Assembly: GCA_002794035.1 (NCBI GenBank) | Contig: PCXQ01000007.1 | Location: 1,785-65,784, forward strand | Length of the DNA: 64,000 bases | Direction of reading: 5' to 3' | Source of the DNA: Candidatus Yanofskybacteria bacterium CG10_big_fil_rev_8_21_14_0_10_36_16 | Lineage (GTDB): Bacteria; Patescibacteriota; Minisyncoccia; 2-02-FULL-40-12; IGHO2-01-FULL-4-A | Shown here: piece by piece, positions 57,770 through 64,000 of the stretch | Layout: each line of letters starts with the position of its first letter | Numbering within the stretch: the stretch's first letter is position 1 | Made by a program: the position numbers and the translations under genes | The notes under the pieces: model-generated | Database searches by the model: none | What the model was told of the DNA's origin: nothing | Seen by the model: only the letters and a program-made list of their open reading frames with translations

Positions 57770-59140
57770 TTAGGCATCAAAAGTTTGGTATATTTTTTCC
57801 TTTATTAATGTTAATTCTTGCTTTGTTCTTTGATCAGCGTCTTCTTCTGCTTTTATTTTTTCATATCCATGAATAATTGTAGAGTGATCTCTGTTTCCAA
57901 GCTTTGATCCTATCTCAGGGAAAGAATATTTTGTCTCCTCTCTTAATAAAAACATGCAAACCTGTCTTGGTCTCACAACTTCTTTTTTACGGCTCCTTTT
58001 TACAATATCATTTATTGAAACATCATAAAAATCAGATACCGCTTTAAGTATTGTCTGGTGGGTGGTTTTCTTAAATGGAGTACTTAAGTAAGCAGCAAGA
58101 AGTTTTTTAACTTCCTTAAAGTTTGGTATTTTGTTGTAGATTTGACTAAAAGCATAAATTCTATTTAGTGCTCCCTCTAACTCTCTAACATTTCTTTGTA
58201 TGTTTGTTGCAATATAGGACAACGATTGATCGTCTATATCAAAATCTTTTTGTGTTGCTTTTAACTTTAATATAGCAAGACGTGTTTCAAAATCAGGTAT
58301 ACCAATATCTGCTATCATTCCACCTTCAAATCTTGACCTAAGTCTTTCTTCTAATGTTGGTATGGCACTAGGAGGCCTGTCTGAAGATAATATTATTTGT
58401 TTATTTTTACTATAAAGCTCATTAAATGTTGAGAATATTATTTCTTGAGTTTTTTCTTTTCCAGCTACAAACTGAATATCATCTATTATTAGTAAATCTA
58501 AAAGACAATATTTTTGTTTTAAATCCTCTATTGTTTTGTTTTTTAATGAATCTAAAATTTCAGCGGTGATTTTCTCTGCTGGTGTGTAAAGTATTTTACA
58601 ACTGGGATCTTTTGAGAATATTTTGTTACCAATTGAGTGTAAAAGATGAGTTTTTCCTAAACCAACTCCGCCATAAAGAAATAAAGGGTTATAAGTTTTA
58701 CCTAGATTTTTTACAACTGCTAAACTTGCTGCGTGAGCCAATTCATTGTTTGAACCAACTATGAAGAAATCGAAAGTATATCTTTTGTTTAGGTTGTTAG
58801 TCTTGTTAACCTCTAAATCTGCAGACTCCTTTTTAACAGATTCATTTTTTATAAATTGAGCAAAGTCGCCTTTTTGAATTCTTTCAGCTAAATTGCCACC
58901 TCCGATAGTGTATTTTATTTCTCTTACTTCGGGCTTAACATCTCCAATTATTTTAAAAATTGTTTTATTAAACTTCTTTTCCAGCCACTCTTTAGCAAAA
59001 CCATTGGGGACATTAATTAAAATAGCAGTATCACTACTTGAAACAATTGATGTGTTTTTAAACCAGGTAGTAAAATTTGCCTTAGATAAAGACAATTCCA
59101 TCTCATCTAAAACAATTTTCCACAATTCTTGATTTGTCAT
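57770..59140 (-). CDS. dnaA: Chromosomal replication initiator DnaA
   Basis: YNPLFLYGGVGLGKTHL, LIIDDIQF, RLRSRF, RDHSTIIH. Confidence 0.98.
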   Translation of the reverse strand: MTNQELWKIVLDEMELSLSKANFTTWFKNTSIVSSSDTAILINVPNGFAKEWLEKKFNKTIFKIIGDVKPEVREIKYTIGGGNLAERIQKGDFAQFIKNESVKKESADLEVNKTNNLNKRYTFDFFIVGSNNELAHAASLAVVKNLGKTYNPLFLYGGVGLGKTHLLHSIGNKIFSKDPSCKILYTPAEKITAEILDSLKNKTIEDLKQKYCLLDLLIIDDIQFVAGKEKTQEIIFSTFNELYSKNKQIILSSDRPPSAIPTLEERLRSRFEGGMIADIGIPDFETRLAILKLKATQKDFDIDDQSLSYIATNIQRNVRELEGALNRIYAFSQIYNKIPNFKEVKKLLAAYLSTPFKKTTHQTILKAVSDFYDVSINDIVKRSRKKEVVRPRQVCMFLLREETKYSFPEIGSKLGNRDHSTIIHGYEKIKAEEDADQRTKQELTLIKEKIYQTFDA

Positions 59141-59515
59141 AAGTTTAAGATAATATCTAAACTCTATCTCTGTTTCAAGTGATATTTTAACGTTATATTA
59201 ATTATTTTTAAAACAGATTGTATTATTATGGACCGAGTTTAGTATTCAGCTTTGTTCTTATTATAGTCAGTTTTTTAAACTCCCGATACAAATTAGTTGA
59301 TAACCTGTTAATATATTGGGTATAAGTAATAAAATAATATATAAAACGTTTAAAATATTATAATGGAAACAGTTTTTTAAAGATTAAAGTATTTATTTTG
59401 TAAATTAAACAAAAACCGCAGTAAAAAACATGATTTAAACCTGCGGTTTTGTGTAATAAAATTTAAGGTAGTTCATTTTGACTAAAATGGTTTTTTAATA
59501 TAATATAGGTGTATT

Positions 59516-59662
59516 ATGACAAGATCAAAAGCGACGACTTATCGTCCCAAAAAAGAAAAAAGGAAAAAGAAACACGGTTTCCTGGCTAGAAAGAAATCAA
59601 ATAACGGTAAAAAAGTATTAAGCAGGAGAATGAGAAAGGGCAGGAAGAGATTAACGGTGTAG
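59516..59662 (+). CDS. rpmH: 50S ribosomal protein L34, absent from the ORF track
   Basis: [48 protein letters not shown]; divergent from dnaA. Confidence 0.95.
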   Translation: MTRSKATTYRPKKEKRKKKHGFLARKKSNNGKKVLSRRMRKGRKRLTV

Positions 59663-59664
59663 TA

Positions 59665-59715
59665 GAGGGTGTAAAATCCAAACTTTTTATATAACAGTTT
59701 GGATTTTACACCCTC
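59665..59715 (+). promoter_or_regulatory. Perfect 20-bp hairpin between rpmH and rnpA ending at the rnpA ATG
   Basis: GAGGGTGTAAAATCCAAACT / AGTTTGGATTTTACACCCTC. Confidence 0.65.
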
Positions 59716-60066
59716 ATGTCTTTACCGATAAATCTTAGATTAAAAAAGAATTCAGACTTTCAGAAAGTTATAAAAAATGGAAAATCCGTTAACGGGGAGT
59801 TTTTATTTATTAAATTTGTTAAAAATGAATTAGACCATTCAAGATTCGGCATAGTTGTTTCATCAAAAGTATCAAGCAAAGCAACTGCAAGAAATAAAAT
59901 TAAAAGGAGAATCTCTGAATCAATTTCACCTATTTACAAAAAACAAAAAACAAATCTTGATATTGTTGTTATTTCTATTCCGCGTATCTTAGAAAAAACC
60001 CAAAAAGAAATCAAGAGTAAATTGGATGAAATACTAAACAAAGTTTTTAGTCAATACAAAAAATAA
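59716..60066 (+). CDS. rnpA: Ribonuclease P protein component
   Basis: RFGIVVSSKV, ATARNKIKRR; synteny. Confidence 0.95.
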   Translation: MSLPINLRLKKNSDFQKVIKNGKSVNGEFLFIKFVKNELDHSRFGIVVSSKVSSKATARNKIKRRISESISPIYKKQKTNLDIVVISIPRILEKTQKEIKSKLDEILNKVFSQYKK

Positions 60067-60090
60067 AACAATTATTTTTAAAAAAAATAA

Positions 60091-60312
60091 ATGAAAAAAA
60101 TATTATTTAAATTCATAGATTTTTATAAAGCAATGTTTTCTCCTTTTATTCACACGCTTTATCCCTTGAATGGTTGTAAATTTTATCCAACTTGCTCAGA
60201 GTATTCGCATGATGTTATTGAAAAGCACGGAGTTATAAAAGGCGTAGGAAAGTCCGTATGGAGAATTTTAAGATGTAACCCTCTTTCCCAAGGCGGGATA
60301 GACCAAGCGTGA
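60091..60312 (+). CDS. yidD: Membrane protein insertion efficiency factor
   Basis: CKFYPTCSEY, RILRCNP..GGID. Confidence 0.95.
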   Translation: MKKILFKFIDFYKAMFSPFIHTLYPLNGCKFYPTCSEYSHDVIEKHGVIKGVGKSVWRILRCNPLSQGGIDQA

Positions 60313-60433
60313 TAATTTGTAGTAGAGTATTAAAATAACATAATTATTTTAATTAAGAATTTCCGATGTTTTAAATTGAGACTCTTAGATAAATAAATCA
60401 AGGAACTCAAAAGATTGTCGGGATTTAGACACA

Positions 60434-61153
60434 GTGTCTTTTTTATTTAACGAACTTCTTTTTAGACCAATATTTAATATTTTAGTTTTTCTATACGACG
60501 TCATACCGGGCAATGATTTTGGTGTAGCAATAATAATATTAACAATATTAATTAAGCTCATATTTTTCCCTCTCACAGCAAAGTCGTTGGTTGCACAGAG
60601 AAAATTATCCGAACTTCAACCTAAAGTAAAAGAACTACAGGAAAAATATAAAAACGATCGTCAAAAATTAGGAGCAGAAACGATGGCGTTATATAAACAG
60701 CATCAAATAAACCCTCTTAGTGGTTGCTTCCCTATTTTGATTCAATTGCCGGTTTTATTTGCCTTGTTTAAGGCTTTAAATATTGTTTTTGAGCCTGAAA
60801 GCCTGGATTTTGTATATGGTTTTATTTCAAATCCGGGAGCTATAAAAGAAACTTCTTTTTACTTTTTAAACCTATCGGTTAACAACCCTACCCTTGCTAT
60901 TACAGCTGGTGTTTTGCAATATTTCCAAATTAAAGTATCAAATACAAACAGGCCTAAACAAGGCGATGCCGTACAAGACCCTACTCAAAAGTCTTTAAAT
61001 CAAATGACAAAGCAAATGTTGTATTTTTTCCCGATTATGATTATAATTATAGCTTGGAATTTCCCTACAGGCCTAGTTCTTTATTGGGTTGTAACTACCG
61101 GACTTTCAATTGTTGAACAAAAGATTATAAATAAAAAACACTTTAGTAATTAA
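60434..61153 (+). CDS. yidC: YidC/Oxa1 membrane insertase (short form)
   Basis: INPLSGCFPILIQLP, GLVLYW. Confidence 0.93.
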   Translation: MSFLFNELLFRPIFNILVFLYDVIPGNDFGVAIIILTILIKLIFFPLTAKSLVAQRKLSELQPKVKELQEKYKNDRQKLGAETMALYKQHQINPLSGCFPILIQLPVLFALFKALNIVFEPESLDFVYGFISNPGAIKETSFYFLNLSVNNPTLAITAGVLQYFQIKVSNTNRPKQGDAVQDPTQKSLNQMTKQMLYFFPIMIIIIAWNFPTGLVLYWVVTTGLSIVEQKIINKKHFSN

Positions 61154-61154
61154 A

Positions 61155-61646
61155 ATGAATAATGAATCAGACAATTTAGTTGTTGATTTAACCAAAAAAC
61201 TCTTAGGTTTTTTGGGTTTTGATAAAAATAGTGAGGTTGAAGCTCATAATAATGACGATGGTGTTTTAGTTTCCATAACCTCAAATGATAAAATGGGATT
61301 ATTGATTGGCAAAAACGGACAAAACATAAATGCTATAGAACATCTTATAAGGACACTAATTAACAAAAAACAGTCTAGTGAGCAATTAGACAAGTTTACC
61401 CCAATAAGATTTTCACTAGATATAAATGATTATAAAAAAATAAGATCTCAACAAGTTATAAATACTGCCCGAGATGTTGCTAATAGGGTTTCGCAAAACA
61501 GAAGGTCAGAAGCAATGTATCCTATGAATTCTTATGAAAGAAGGCTTATACATTCCGAACTTGCTTCATATAATGACATTGAAACTGAAAGTGTCGGAGA
61601 AGAACCTAGACGAAGGGTTGTGATAAAACCTACTGTTGAAATATAA
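61155..61646 (+). CDS. jag: Jag/KhpB (KH plus R3H) RNA-binding protein
   Basis: LIGKNG KH, MNSYERRLIH R3H, ESVGEEPRRRVVI. Confidence 0.9.
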   Translation: MNNESDNLVVDLTKKLLGFLGFDKNSEVEAHNNDDGVLVSITSNDKMGLLIGKNGQNINAIEHLIRTLINKKQSSEQLDKFTPIRFSLDINDYKKIRSQQVINTARDVANRVSQNRRSEAMYPMNSYERRLIHSELASYNDIETESVGEEPRRRVVIKPTVEI

Positions 61647-63087
61647 AAAACAACCGATATTTTTAATTTTAAATTGTAAGCTCTTGTTTTTTAGAACAAT
61701 ATTTTCAAACTTCAGTATTGCAACTATATCCCGCCTTTTGATTGGCGGGATTAGTTTGATTATAGTGGCTATGTTAACAAGACATCTTGGTCCTGATGGT
61801 TATGGTGATTACAACACTATATTTGCTTATATTTTTTTATTTGTAACAGGAGCTGATCTTGGTCTGTACACTGTATTAACTAGAGAAATATCAAGACCTG
61901 GTGCAGACGAAGAAAAAATAATAGGTAATATATTTACCATTCGATTAGGGGCAATATTATTAGGGGCTGTTGTGGCAAACATAATAGCTGTTTTTTTGCC
62001 TTATTCTGGTTTAGTTAAGTTAGGAATTTTTATTGGGACCATATTCATGGTTTTGTCATCATTGGGTCAGGTTTTGATGGGGATTTTTCAAAAAAGACTT
62101 AGGGTTTACTTAGTTTCAGCAGCCGACTTGATAGCAAGAATAGTTCAATTGTTTTTAATATTTTTACTTATCTTTCTAAAAGCACCATTTTTGTTTTTTA
62201 TAGGAGTTGTGGTAATTTCTGAAGTTATACATTTTGTCTCTATATTTATGTTTGCTTTAAAGCTGGTTAAAATCAGAGTTCTTTTTGATCTTGATTATTG
62301 GAAGGAGGTTTTTAAAATCGCATTACCGATAGCTGCATCTTTGGTTTTTGTTTTAATCTATTTTAAGATAGATACATTTTTGTTGTCCATAATGAAACAA
62401 CCATATGATGTAGGTGTCTATTCTGTTGCTTATAAAATACTTGAGTTTGTGATATTTTTCCCGGCAATTTATCTAGGTCTTGTTATGCCGGTTTTATCAA
62501 AATATGCAATATCGAATAAAGATAAATTTAAAGAACTATTCAAAAAAATTTTTAATAACCTTTCTGTTTTTGGATTGCCTTTGGCGGCAATTATTTTTAC
62601 TGCTCCGGACCAGATTGCGGTAGTTCTTGGGGGAAGTCAGTTTTTAGAATCTGGATCTGTTTTACAAATATTAAGCATTGCAGTTTTGCTTATATTTTTT
62701 GGAAACCTCGGAGGGCACGCACTTGTTGCTCTAAACTTACAAAAGAAGGGTATGTGGATATATATGTTGGGCATGGTTATTAATCTTATGGGAAATATTA
62801 TTTATATTCCTAAGTATTCTTTTGTTGCAGCTGCTTGGACGACAGTAATTACTGAAATTATAGTTACTATTACTATGTTTTATATTATAAAAAAACACAT
62901 AAAACTTGTTCCTGATTTCGATATACTCCTTAAATCTTTATTCGCAAGTTTAATAATAGGAAGTCTTATATATATATTAAATCCAAGCAATATCTTTTTT
63001 GTGGGGTTAATTTCCCTAATTTACTTACCAGCGATATATCTATTTGGAGGAATTAAAAAAGAAGATTTTGTATCTTTGGTTGGTTAA
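61636..63087 (+). CDS. Polysaccharide flippase (Wzx/MOP family)
   Basis: TRHLGPDGYG, ADLGL, KIDTFLLS, VGVYSVAY; many TM; start uncertain. Confidence 0.88.
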   Translation: MKYKKQPIFLILNCKLLFFRTIFSNFSIATISRLLIGGISLIIVAMLTRHLGPDGYGDYNTIFAYIFLFVTGADLGLYTVLTREISRPGADEEKIIGNIFTIRLGAILLGAVVANIIAVFLPYSGLVKLGIFIGTIFMVLSSLGQVLMGIFQKRLRVYLVSAADLIARIVQLFLIFLLIFLKAPFLFFIGVVVISEVIHFVSIFMFALKLVKIRVLFDLDYWKEVFKIALPIAASLVFVLIYFKIDTFLLSIMKQPYDVGVYSVAYKILEFVIFFPAIYLGLVMPVLSKYAISNKDKFKELFKKIFNNLSVFGLPLAAIIFTAPDQIAVVLGGSQFLESGSVLQILSIAVLLIFFGNLGGHALVALNLQKKGMWIYMLGMVINLMGNIIYIPKYSFVAAAWTTVITEIIVTITMFYIIKKHIKLVPDFDILLKSLFASLIIGSLIYILNPSNIFFVGLISLIYLPAIYLFGGIKKEDFVSLVG

Positions 63088-63095
63088 TTTGAATA

Positions 63096-63120
63096 AAAAA
63101 CCCGCCTAGGCGGGTTTTTT
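63096..63120. terminator. Bidirectional terminator
   Basis: AAAAACCCGCC-TA-GGCGGGTTTTT. Confidence 0.75.
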
Positions 63121-63138
63121 ATTCGAGTCTCTAATAGT

Positions 63139-64000
63139 TTATATTTCTAATGAATACAGCCTGTTGTTATTTAAGTTTTTAAATATAAGGTAGTCTTCTG
63201 TGGGTGTTAACATTAATCCTTCTACATCAATATCTACACTAGGTGTATATATATTTTCTGATTCTCCTGTCTCAATGTTTATTTTATAAAAAGTGTCTCC
63301 ACCGAATTGGCCTGTTTTAGCACAATAAATAGTTTTATCATCTATACCCCAAGCACACTTGGAGGCCGTTGTTTCAAAGTCTATCTTTGTTTCTATTCTT
63401 TGATTCATATTTTGATAATACAGATTATTTACTTCATCATAAATATTATAATAGGAGTATAAAACTTTGTTGCCACCTTTAGACCACTTAAATTCTAGGT
63501 CTTTTTTAATACCTAAAACATTCTGTAGTCCGGCTGTTTCAGTATTTAAAATAAAGACATCATGTGTTCGCCTGTCTTGACCGCTTCTTTTTGTTAAATA
63601 AAGTTCTGTTGAACCTAACCAGTTAATTGTCCAGTCAGACACCCTTGTTTGCATAAGGTTTTTATATGAACTAATTTGCGAATCAGACACTCTAATATTT
63701 CCTTTATTCTCATCTTCATCAAAACTCAAGTAAGCCAGTTTGTCTTCAAAAGGCGATAATGCTGGTGATATAAGACCTGTGCTGAATTTTTTTGAGGCAC
63801 CTGTTTCTAGATTCAAAAAAGTACTGTTTTTACCAACTGTTATAAACAATTTTTTTCTATCCCCTGACCAGCTTACATGGTTGGCTGATGTGGGTGTGTT
63901 GGATATCACTTGAGGAGAATTAGAGCCGTCAACAGATACAGAACGTAACTCCCCGCTTGAAGGCACATAATATAGTACGTTTTTTCCGTTTTCGGACAAA
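63139..64000 (-). CDS. TolB-like beta-propeller protein, 5'-truncated by window edge
   Basis: Repeated WS.DG/SP.ED blade-like motifs. Confidence 0.65.
   Translation of the reverse strand, partial: LSENGKNVLYYVPSSGELRSVSVDGSNSPQVISNTPTSANHVSWSGDRKKLFITVGKNSTFLNLETGASKKFSTGLISPALSPFEDKLAYLSFDEDENKGNIRVSDSQISSYKNLMQTRVSDWTINWLGSTELYLTKRSGQDRRTHDVFILNTETAGLQNVLGIKKDLEFKWSKGGNKVLYSYYNIYDEVNNLYYQNMNQRIETKIDFETTASKCAWGIDDKTIYCAKTGQFGGDTFYKINIETGESENIYTPSVDIDVEGLMLTPTEDYLIFKNLNNNRLYSLEI

Noticed and set aside
60310-60312. Possible alternative genetic code (UGA as Gly)
   Set aside because: TGA ends yidD at its expected C-terminus and conserved genes read through without in-frame TGA.

Overview
AT-rich bacterial chromosome segment that looks like Patescibacteria/CPR (Parcubacteria-like, standard genetic code). 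This assignment is inferred from the truncated ValRS, a tandem array of TrbC/VirB2-type pilins, a sortase/CAP cluster, a tRNA-Ile(UAU) and the general lack of Shine-Dalgarno (SD) sites on housekeeping genes. The window spans the replication origin (dnaN-oriC-dnaA / rpmH-rnpA-yidD-yidC-jag). It carries housekeeping genes (valS, gyrA, rpsA, ftsH, rplS, iscS-like, tig, nusA, pilB-like ATPase, ruvB, yebC, ruvC, tyrS, class A PBP), nine intact tRNAs and one interrupted tRNA. Interspersed orphan genes mostly have their own sigma70 promoters, strong SD sites and often boxA-like leaders. The most striking structure is at 29928-30149: a 131-bp element with 20-bp terminal inverted repeats and a TTCA duplication sits in the T-loop of a tRNA-Leu(GAG) and itself carries a complete second tRNA-Leu(GAG) with a different acceptor stem. 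Related CCCCGCNCTTGAAA ends occur elsewhere, tRNA-Lys has a displaced CCA-bearing 3' end, and two HTH/LAGLIDADG-like genes sit beside tRNAs. Three candidate ncRNAs, a structured pilin leader, a pilin-peptidase fusion, two high-GC single-gene islands and a 42-aa acidic peptide are also reported. All calls come from reading the sequence; no database searches were run.
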